Shown piece after piece: positions 46,137-56,322 of a stretch of DNA of 64,000 nt; position 1 is the first letter of the stretch; every line of letters starts with the position of its first letter. The translations under genes were made by a program, and so were the position numbers. Origin of the DNA: Squalus acanthias (taxonomy: Eukaryota). The DNA lies in the NCBI GenBank assembly GCA_030390025.1, contig CM059433.1:1550001-1614000 (forward strand), written 5' to 3'. The notes below the pieces were generated by a model. It was not told the DNA's origin. It did not search any database and saw nothing but the letters and a program-made list of their open reading frames with translations.

Positions 46137-48352
46137 CTGCTAGAAATTCGAGACAGCTGGAAACCTGCCGGTGGCAGCGCGGGCCCCAGTTAACGGCTGC
46201 CGGAATTAATGGTGCTGGAAGCACCGGTAAATTGGTGCAGCTTCCTAATTAGCATTAGTGCAGCGCTAAACTCACTGTGCAAGGCCGGTTCTTCTGGCGT
46301 TAGTCCCGGCAGGAAGCCCAATGTAGCGCGGCCGGAGCGTCACTGCAGCAAGAACAACCTTCTCTTAAAGCAAGGCTGTCATTTTAGAAAGCAGTGCGGT
46401 CCCTTAAAGGGGAACTGCATTCTAAAATGTAAAAAATAAAAATCATTTAAAAACAGGCAGTTTTTAGCCCTTGGAGCTCAACTGCCTTCTGAAAAAAAAT
46501 TAACATTAAAAATAATTCCCAAATGGGAGTCTTCAGCTCCTAAAGCAGAACTGCATTCTGCGCGTAAAAAAATGGGAAAACTGCCTCAGCACTAACACAA
46601 ATGCCTCAGCAAGCCAGGGAAGTGGCACCCAGGGTCTCAGACACAGCACTCCAGCTTTGTGCAAGGGGTCAACACTGCAAGACTGGTTCTATACCCACAG
46701 GGGCCAGGAGGCCCCTCCAGAAAGAACGATGTGGGACCACGTCACCGAGGCCGTCACTGCCAGCAGTGTCACCCCCACCACCTGGCTCCAGTGCCCAAAG
46801 AAGCTTCATGACCTCAAACAACTGGTCAAGATCAGTGAATGCATCTTCAAAGGCCCTGTCTTACCAACTGCACCAATAGCCTCACACACTGCTCAATGCA
46901 TGACACCCTCCCCATCACTCACCTACCAACAATCTGTACCAAGAGGCACACCTCCCATTCCTAGCTTTACCTCACCCCCTTGGTGGAGACGGTGCTGGCC
47001 ATTCCTGGCAGGGGCATGGCTGATCCCTTGGTCAGCGGTGGGTTGAAAGGATACAAGATGCTGGTATCCTCACACGTTATCCTCCTTCTGGCATGCTCCT
47101 CTAGCTTTCCCGACCTCCCCACCCTTTTGCCTTCCTCATTTCACACACCCAAGAAATGCAGCCTGCCCAGCCAATGCTTGACCAAGAAGAGGGAGAAGAA
47201 AGTGAAGAAGAAGATGAAACACTGTCATTCGATTTCACACTCCCAGCCACCATCTCTCAAGGTCAACTTGCAAGGCCATTTGCAGTGTCCCCCACTGAAA
47301 GTCAGCAGCCTTCCACCAGCCATGCTGCAGCCACTGGGGTAGCACTGCGTGACATCATTAGGATAGGCAAAGGCACACACAAGACAGTCACTAAGAGAAT
47401 GCATAAGGGTGATGAGATGATTTCTTGATGTCATATTGGATGGATAGATGTATAAAGTTGGATTGGAAAGTTTGCTTTGTGGTGGCTTTTATTTCAGCAT
47501 CATGGCCAAGAGGACGCTGTGATGGTCAGTAACAGAGGGAAGGGAAGGTGTGGAACTAATGATGAAAGGGGAATTGGGGTTGTGATCACTGAAACCGCAG
47601 GTGGATGATTCCATCCCAGATATCCTGGCCAGAAAGGGGCTGTCTGGATTGCATCCTTCCTTCTGCTTTCTCCTCTTCCACTTCCTCCTCTTCTGCGTCT
47701 TCCTCTTCCCTCTGCGAGCGGATGCTGGAAATCTGAAATAAAAGCATAAAATTCTGGAAATACTCAGCAGGTCAGGCATCATCGCGACCTGAGACGTGAA
47801 CTCTGTTTTTCTCTCAGGTTGAAAAACTGCCTGACTTGCTGAGTATTTCCAGCATTTTTTGTCTTCTCAGAGGCCTTCCTTTACCATCCGAGGCCTTGCA
47901 AGTGTCCAGCAGCACTCCCTGCATACTTTAAAAACTATTATCATGTATTGCACCAAGCCAATACTTCAGTAAAATATAAAAAATCCAGTCCAAAAACTTA
48001 AATGCAAACTTACCTGAATGATGTGTGTGTCCCTTTAAGAAGCGCTGACGACGTCTCTGTCAGTCTGCTGCATGCTCGCTTTTCAGAGCGAGCTTAGGAC
48101 CCAGCGCTAAACTCAGCGCAAAGATCAAAGTTCGCAGAGCGTAGCGTTAAGTCAGCATTGCATGGCGACTGATGTCAGGCTCTCCATATTTGCATGTCCA
48201 GGGTTGGCGCTGCTATTGGCAGCATTATGGCCCTCACCAAAATGGCGGCCGTCAAGTCCCGCGCCACAGGCAGGTGATAGAGCGGCGGCCGCCATTTTTA
48301 TTTCAGGATTCCAACGCTAACGGGCGGCGGTGAGTAGCCCAATTTCTGGGCC
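46137..48352. mobile_element. Non-autonomous PIF/Harbinger element with Myb/SANT-like pseudogene
   Basis: TSD AAA confirmed by the empty site at 51041-51056; right TIR AATTTCTGGGCC. 46601-46830 encodes REVAPRVSD...W..V...V......TWLQCPKKLHDL. Confidence 0.82.
47721..47862. repeat. Degenerate fold-back repeat, probably an older Penelope pLTR remnant
   Basis: CTGGAAATACTCAGCAGGTCAGGCA (47754-47778) is inverted at 47828-47852 (TGCCTGACTTGCTGAGTATTTCCAG). Confidence 0.5.
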
Positions 48353-49796
48353 AAAGTGTCTTCACATTAAACAGGCTGGGTGTAGAGTCCATGATAGAGC
48401 AGTTTACAAAGTGTGTATGGCAGGAGCAGGCTTGGTTAACTGAGTAGTCAGTCCTGTCTTCAATGAGACTCCTGCTCCTGTTAAAAAAAAACCTTACCTT
48501 TTTGGTGGTGGCCTCCCACAGTCCCTTTAAGGTTGGTTAGGCTGCAGACGGAGCCAAAAAACGGAGTGATGCTGGCCCACTCCCGGCTCTGCTCGGTGCT
48601 GGCCAGTGTCTGGAAGAGATCCGGAAACAGGCGTTAGGCCCCTTATTAACTTATGCAAGGGAACTAATGCCTGTTTTAGGAAGGCTGCCAGGGACGCCTG
48701 AATGTTACCCGACCCAATATGCCGTTGGATGTATTTCAAGTGCCCTTTGGGGCACGGGAGGCAGCACTGGGAAATTGGTGCTTTTGCCCCCATTCTGTGC
48801 CCGAAAAGCAGGCACAGTGGGGTCCAATTCCTACCCCATTTAGCGTAAACAGCAAATCTATATTCAAAAGAAGTTTGTCTTGTGTTTGAATAATTATCAT
48901 TCGTAAACAGTTTTAAATGAATATGTTAAAATTTTCTTCAGCTGATGCCCGATCAGAGCCACAGATACAAGTACATTTTGTTCCTTTCATAATCACAACT
49001 GATCTAACCTGTGTTGTTCCTCTCATTTACACATCTGGTTATAATTAGCTTTTCTGTCTGGTTTAATCTATTCTAAGAAAGATTTTTGCAGTACAATTGT
49101 CTGAAACCGTAGAAATTTCTTTAATGGTAATGAACTATTTATCTATCAGTATGTGACCATTAAGTCATACTGGTTACTGATTGACAATATAGATATATCA
49201 ATTCAACTAAATGCCCCTGATAGATGATTAAGTGATTGCAAGTGTCATAGGAGGGATTAAGCACTTTTACTTTCCACGACAAATCTATCAGCTTCTCATG
49301 GATACTTAGTATGGTAGGATGCAGAATAGTCTGGGTTTGTGACCTTTCCTTTCGTTGTGGTCTCTCTCTCTCTCTAGGAACCAGCTGAGTGAGGCTAAAA
49401 ACAACAAGGTAGAAATTTGTCGGCACCCGGTTTCGTTGCGAAGGCAGCGATTCGGCCGCACCATGTGCCTGAACAGCGAGGCCTCCACAGGCAGATTCCT
49501 CATTTTAACCAGATGAATTTTGGGCTGCCTTCCTCAGCAGCAGTAGCTGTACGGTAAGTCCCGGGAGGGGGAGGGGGTGAAATGGCAACGAGGGGGGAGG
49601 GTGGGGAGCAATCGCGAGTACGGTGGAGCTGGAGGGAGAATTCCTGCTCCTCCTGCACCACAGCAATGATTTATTTTTTAAAAACGTACCTTTTGGTAGC
49701 TTGCTTAGGCCGCATCGACCACTGGAGAAGGCTGTCTGGGGCAGGCCCAGTCCTGTTTTGCTCATCCAAATCCAATTTCTCAGAGGGATCCTAAAA

Positions 49797-49944
49797 CAGG
49801 GAATTGGATAAATAATTGAAGGGGAAAAATTGGCAGGGCTCTGGGGAAAGAGCAGGGGGAGTGGGACTAATTGGAGAGCTCTTTCAAAGAGCCGGCACAG
49901 GCACGATGGGCCGAACGACCTCCTTCTGTGCTGTATGATTCTAT
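49797..49944 (+). mobile_element. CR1 3' end (paralogous to 45644-45773)
   Basis: Same sequence and same downstream flank as the copy at 45.6 kb. Confidence 0.8.
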
Positions 49945-49953
49945 GTGAGTGTA

Positions 49954-50187
49954 CTCTTTTGGTGATGCAGTAAACAAATAAACTGTAACTAAAAACAATA
50001 AAGGAAACTTAATAAATTAAATTAAAATTCCATTTCCGGGGGTGATGATGCACTCCAGCCCCTGCGGTGCCCACCGGTCGCGGAAGGCCTCGAGCGTGCC
50101 AGCGGACACCGCATGCTCCATCTCCTGGGACACCCGGGGCGAACGTGGTCACGGAAGAGAGGCAGGCAGTCGGGCTGAACGACCCCC
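49954..50187 (-). mobile_element. 5'-truncated Tx1/L1-type LINE insertion
   Basis: 15-bp TSD TTCTATGTGAGTGTA (49939-49953, 50188-50202). The minus strand encodes DCLPLFR../RVSQEMEHAVSAGTLEAFRDRWAPQGLECII*, resembling Tx1 ORF2 C-termini. Confidence 0.65.
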
Positions 50188-50483
50188 TTCTATGTGAGTG
50201 TAAAATTAACAAGCCTCAAACAATACTTAAGATCAGAAGGATCTTTTCCCCCACAGGGTAGACTGGACCCAGAACATGTGTAGATTAAACTCCTAGTTGA
50301 AGCAATTAATGACAGGTCAATTGGTGCATTTTAAAAGATCGCTGGATAGATGTCTAGCTTGAAACAGGATTGAGGGTCACTAGGATATGGGTGGTAGAAT
50401 GTTTGTGGAACATGATAGTTCCTGAATTACTGAATCAGTGGAACTGTTATTTCAAAGAAGGATACTGGTCAAGGAGGCTAATA

Positions 50484-50979
50484 CGAAGGTTCACGAGATT
50501 GATTCCTGGGATGGCGGGACTGTCGTATGAGAAGAGATTGAGTAAACTAGGCCTGTATTCTCTTGAATTCAGAAGAATGAGAGGGGATCTCATTGTAGCA
50601 TACAAAATTATTACAGGGCTTGATGGGGTGGATGCTGGGCGAATGTTTCCCTTGGCTGGGGAGTCTAGAACCAGGGGCCACAGCCTCAGGATAAAGGGTA
50701 GGCCATTCAGGACTGAGATGAGAAGAAATTTCTTCACACAGAGGGTGGTGAATCTTTGGAATTCTCTACCCCAGAGGGTTGTGGAGGCTCAGTTATTGGG
50801 TATATTCAAAACAGAAGTCGACAGATTTCTGACTAGTAAGGGCATCAAGGGGTATGAACATAGGGCTGGTGAATGGAGTTGAGGCAGAAGATCAGCCATG
50901 ATCTCCTTGAATGGCGGAGCAGGCTCGAAGGGCCGAATGGCCAACTCCTGCTCCTATTTCTTATGTTCTTATGTTCTTA
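50484..50979 (+). mobile_element. CR1 3' fragment
   Basis: RRFTRLIPGM...FFTQRVVNLWNSLP and a (TTATGTTC)n tail; absent from the paralogous site at 46061-46080. Confidence 0.92.
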
Positions 50980-51199
50980 TAGAATGTGACATTGGATAAT
51001 TAATCTGGAGTTTTCCTAGGTCTACCTTTGAGAGGACAGGGAGAAAGTTTCTTCACCGGAATTTTAGACAGCTTGCCTCATCGGCAGTAGCTGTATGGTA
51101 AGCCCCGGGAGGGGGATGGAGTGGCAATGAGGTTGGGGGGGGAGGGGGGGAGGTGGTGGTGGAGCAACACGAGTACTGTGGAGTCGGAGAGAACATTCA

Positions 51200-51388
51200 T
51201 GCCAATATTTATCCCTCAACCAACATCACTAAAAAACAGATTATCTGGTCATTATCACACTGCTGTTTGTGGGAGCTTGCTGTGTTTCCTACATTACAAC
51301 AGTGACCACACTTCAAAAGTACTTCATTGGCTGTAAAGTGCTTTGGGGCATTCTGGGTCATGAAAGGCGCTATAAAAATGCAAGTCTC
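51200..51388 (+). mobile_element. DeuSINE (SacSINE1-like) 3' fragment
   Basis: Reverse complement of 42095-42295. Confidence 0.75.
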
Positions 51389-51702
51389 TCTTTTCTTTCT
51401 TTTCAGCAAGCAGCAATCCACCATGATACATGTCACGCTGGCTGGGTTGTACTGGAGGAAACCCCCAAACACATTTAGACTTCAGGAGTGTAGTTTCAAG
51501 ATTATTCTTGTGTGCTCGATGGTGGTTCTATTAGAAGAATGGACCTTATTGTCCTTCTGTTCATCAGGTGTATGCAGCTGTTGCACAGGTGTCATAAGCC
51601 AACCTTGCAGTGAATAGCCTAGGTCTTTATGGAACCAACCTTGCACTTGGGTCAAACAACGAAGAAACAAAAGACTGATGTAACATAAAGACATTATGAC
51701 AG

Positions 51703-52350
51703 CTACCAGGATTTGACCTGCATGATCTTGTGCAGATGGTCACACTCTAATTGTGCATTAATGGAGTGGAATCTCTTGCAATTCATGAAGACTACGGTAT
51801 TGTAGCAAGGAGTATGCAAGACAACATGTGTGCAATCTATGACGCCTTGGGCGTTGAGGAATCCTGCAATCTGTGCAGATCCGAGAGGCCCTTCCTGCTG
51901 TTTCCAGATGTCCATGGGGAAAGCTATGTAGGTTTTTACTCTTGCAAACAAGGCATCACCTGCTTGATATTTGTGCAGACTGCTGAATGGCTGCTGATGC
52001 TATTGCTCCTGTGGCAGCCTGGGAGGAGATGCAGGCAACAGGTTCAGGGTTGCAGTGACCTTTACTGCAACAGGCAGTGATATACTTGCCCTGGAAGGTG
52101 GTTGCATGTTATCTTGCAGCAGATGGGGTAATGTGAGTCTATCAAGGCCTCCCTGGACAAGCGTAGCTTCTCATGCATTACTCTTCAGTTAAGTGCAGGA
52201 ATGTTCGGAACGGCTTGTACACTCGGTTGGAACGGTAAGGGTGGGTGTGAGCAGTCATTCTTCCATCTCCTGACCTTCAAGCAGCATTCCGATTTCCTTC
52301 CTGTTCCTCCTCTTCTTCTAAGTAGGCCAAATATAGGGGTATTCTCAGAG
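51703..52350 (-). pseudogene. Degenerate Harbinger (HARBI1-like) DDE transposase
   Basis: IAGFLNAQGVIDCTHV...NCKRFHSINAQLECDH matches the GAIDCTH / NRKGxHSINxQxxCD motifs; upstream AVKVTATLN. Confidence 0.85.
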
Positions 52351-52894
52351 GGACTCCCATAATACAACAGCTTGGCTGTTCACAAGAATGACCTTACGCA
52401 AATGATTGATGCCAACCCTGTTCACACACAGATGCCTATAATTATCAGCGAAAAACTCTGTGATCATAAAAAGCAATTTCTAACAGTACCTACTTCAGCT
52501 GCTGGGCCCTTTAAAAAATATCCCATTTGAATCTACCACCTGAGCTGAACCAACGCTTGATGAAAGAACATAATGGGGGCGTAAATGACGCAAAATCGCA
52601 TTGATGTCTTAATGACATAATTGTGCCTTAATTTAAGTATATGCATTAAGTAGCTCTCCCTGCTTCAGACAGGAAGTCCCAAGACAAGACCAGGAAATTC
52701 AACCGAGTGCAAAGTGGGTGGAAAACTGTGCTTGAAATTGGAGTGTAACAGACACTAAAACAGGACGGTCCCAATTTCAAAGTGGGGGCGGGAGCGGAGC
52801 GTGCGATCCCCGAGGCCAACCCGGGGACGCGAAGGCCCGGACGATTTTAACGACCGGGCCTCATTGGAATAAATGTTCTCGGCGTCCTAATAAT

Positions 52895-53221
52895 TATAGA
52901 TGGAAGCATAAAATTACAAAGAGATTTTAATAGATGAAGTGAATGGGCAAAACTGTGGCAAATGGATTTCAACGTAAGCAAATATGAGGTCATCCACTTT
53001 GGGCCTAAAAAGGATAGAACAGGGAAACTTTCTAAATGGTGAAAGGCTAAAAACAGTGGAGGCCCAAAGAGACTTGGGGGTCCAGGTACATCGATCATTA
53101 AAATGTCATGAACAGGTACAGAAAATAATCAAAAAGGCCAATGGAATGTTGGCCTTTATATCTAGAGGACTAGAATACAAGGGGGTAGAATTTATGCTGC
53201 AGCTGTACAAAACACTGGTGC
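52895..53221 (+). mobile_element. CR1 RT fragment
   Basis: LNGERL...QRDLGV...KKANGMLAFISRGLEYK. Confidence 0.85.
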
Positions 53222-54038
53222 ATTTGACTGCTAAGTTTCTCAAAATAATGGACCCACAATTAAATTAAATCAGCTCCAGGAATTGCCGATATATAAAATA
53301 GATGTCCTGGAGGCTATAGTCCATGTAACTAGCTGACAGCTATCCTTTATTCTTCGCAGTAAGTTTTCCTCGCTATTCTCACTTTGTGTAATAGATCTGG
53401 CTTGGCATGCTACAAATGAAATTCAGACAAAACAGCTTCTGTTTTACAGTAATTCACAAAAAAAGGTTTATTTTACACCTGCCATATTTTTCCCCAATAA
53501 AATGTTTTTAAGAGTCGAGTTTGTTTTGGCTCAGATTTCTGGTGTTGGCCAACACTAAGAGGATTCCTTCAACAACTCCCTCATTTCCATAAGTCTGCCT
53601 GTTGGCTACAGTTCCTGAACTTGATGTTGAGACTGCTGCCAATGGTGGAGTCTGAGGTTTGGAGAGAGACGACAGAATCCCAAGACCTCAGGCATTAACA
53701 TCTAAAGATACGCTCATCTGTAAAAATTGGTATTTTCAACATGAAAAATTCTGTTAACATGTAACAATCTGCATGGAGGATTATCTCACAGTCTGCCGTG
53801 GAGTGAAGTGCTCTGAAACAGTATTACACGCCACACACTACTGTACATGTGTTTGTGTGGGCCTTTACCTCTCAACCAGCACCAGAAACATTCATTAAAA
53901 CTGTACAACCTCTCTCCCCTGATATCACTTTTGTTCAAATTGTTTCCAAGATTCGAATTGAAACTGGGCCAAAACCTAATCCAAGATATTCTTTAGTATG
54001 GTGGAACCTCTGCCTGCCACAAAGATGAGCCCCAGACC

Positions 54039-54819
54039 TAGGGCTCCCAACCCTCCTGGAATGATCGGGAGATCAGCAGACTGAGAGATCAGCGATTTAA
54101 ATTTCCTGCCGCAGTGCGCCCTCCCCTCCCCACTACCCCCAGCTCCATGACGTCACCGGCTGCTGTTAGAGAATCCTCCAGTTCAGGAACGTCACCGGCA
54201 GAGAGCTGCGACCGGGTGGAGTGCAGTCGGGAGGAGACTGGAGAGTGGAATTAGGGATGTCGGCATTCGGAGAGTGTCAGCAACAGATGGAAGTCTCTGA
54301 AATAGGGGTTCTTTGAAATGGGGGGTCATCGGTTTCTCTTCTTCCCCACCATCGCTCTCCCCTCTTCCCCGCCCTCGCTCTCCCCTCTTCCCCGCCCTCG
54401 CTCTCCCCTCTTCCCTGCCCTCGCTCTCCCCTTTTCCCCGCCCTGGGTTTCCCCTCTTCCCCGCCCTGGGTTTCCCCTCTTCCCCGCCCTGGGTTTCCCC
54501 TTTTCCCCGCCCTGGGTTTCCCCTCTTCCCCGCCCTGGGTTTCCCCTCTTCCCCGCCCTGGGTTTCCCCTCTTCCCCGCCCTGGGTTTCCCCTCTTCCCC
54601 GCCCTGGGTTTCCCCTCTTCCCTTGCTCACGGGTGGCCTCCTGGTTCTTGGAACTTGTCGTACAACAATTACGAACAAACATCTTCATCTACAGGGGGCC
54701 CAACCGTTACACCCCAAATGTAGTAACATCTGTAGAAGGCATGTGATCAGATGTCATGAGGTCAGAATGTCACATGATCAAACCTCCAGGAATGCCTCCA
54801 ACCAGAGTTGGCAACTGTA
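54039..54819. mobile_element. hAT-type MITE containing an expanded minisatellite
   Basis: Ends TAGGGCTCCCAAC / TACAGTTGCCAAC (rc); 8-bp TSD CCCAGACC / CCCGGACC (7 of 8 match). Confidence 0.6.
54352..54622. repeat. 23-bp tandem repeat CCCTGGGTTTCCCCTCTTCCCCG, about 12 copies
   Basis: Directly visible; the first four units carry the variant CCCTCGCTCT. Confidence 0.95.
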
Positions 54820-56322
54820 CCCGGACCCTGGATGATCTTCCAAACTCAGGGTCATTTAAGTATTTACAAGACTGGGGGCCCAGTGGCTTCCAAACTGTCA
54901 GTGAAAGTTTTAACGCTTTCTTTATCTTCACACTACAACCTGTGCGACTGACTGCTCTGTGATTGATTGGACAGGCTTCCTAGCTTCTCACCTGCACTGC
55001 CATTGCAGCACCGAGCACCAAGGTTCAATGGGAGTCCCTCGCATCCAGTGATACTATTGGTCAAATACAGAAAATAAATCGGATGACATATTTCTCTTTT
55101 TTTTAATAGTCATTCTTGGGATATTTGCATCGCTGGCAAGACCAGCATTTATTGCCCATCCCTAGTTGCTTTGAGAAGGTGGTGGTGAGCCGCCTTCTTC
55201 TTGAACCGCTGCAGTCCGTGTGATGAGGGTACTCCCACAGTGCTGTTAGGGAGGGAGTTCCAGGATTTTGACCCAGCGACGATGAATGAACTGTGATATA
55301 TTTCCAAGTCAGGATGGTGTGTGACTAGAAGTGGAACTTAAGGGTGATGGTGTTCCCATGCATCTGCTGCCCTTGTCCTTTTAGGTGGTAGAGGTCGTGG
55401 GTTTGGGAGGTGCTGCTGAAGAAGCCTTGGCGAGTTGCTGCAGTGCATCTTGTAGATGGTACACACTGCAGCCACGGTACGCCGGTGGTGGAGGGGGTGG
55501 ATGATTAGGCTACTGGGTGAAGTGCCAATGAAGCAGGCTGCTGTGTCTTGGATGGTGTCGAGCTTCTTTGCTGTTGTCACAACTGCACCCATCCAGGCAA
55601 GTGGAGAGTATTCCATCACACTCCTGACTTGTGTCTAGTAGGTAATGGAGAGGCTTTGGGGAGTCAGGAAGTGAGTCACTTGCCGCAGATAACCTAGCCC
55701 CTGACCTGCCCGAGTAGCCACGGCATTTATGTGACTGGTCCACTTGAGTTTCTGGTCAATGGTGACCCTCAGGATGTTGATGGTGGGGGACTTGGTAATG
55801 GTAATGCCATTGAATGTCATGGGGATGTGGTTAGACTCTCACCTGTTGGAGATGGTCATTGTGCACTTGTGTGGCACAGATGTTACTTGCCACTTACCAG
55901 CTCAAGCCTGGATGTTATCCAGGTCTTGCTGCATATAGGCAGGGACTCCTTCATTATCTGAGGAGTTGCGAATGGAGATGAACACTGTGCAATCATCAGC
56001 GAACATCTCCACTTCTAATCTTATGATAGAGAGATGGTCATTGATGAAGCAGCTGAAGATAGTTGGGCCTAGGATGCTGCGCTGAGGAACTCCTACTGTG
56101 ATGTCCTGGGGCTGAGATGATTGACCTCCAACAACCACAACCATCTTCCTTTGTGTTAGGTATGACTCCAGGCACTAGAAAGCTTTGCTGCTGATCCCCA
56201 TCGACTTCAGTTTTACTAGGGCTCTTTAGTGCCACACTCGGTCAAGGGCAGTTACCTCATGTCTGGAATTGGGCTGTAGAGGACTGGAGCCGAGTGGTCC
56301 TGGCGGAACGCAAACTGAGCAT

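Noticed and set aside
51703..51951. Domesticated host gene HARBI1
   Set aside because: Fragmentary, with stops and frameshifts, and a second decayed copy at 59.1-59.5 kb; these are transposon relics.
54277..54746. Overlapping Gly/Arg- and Pro-rich ORFs
   Set aside because: Translations of the 23-bp tandem repeat.
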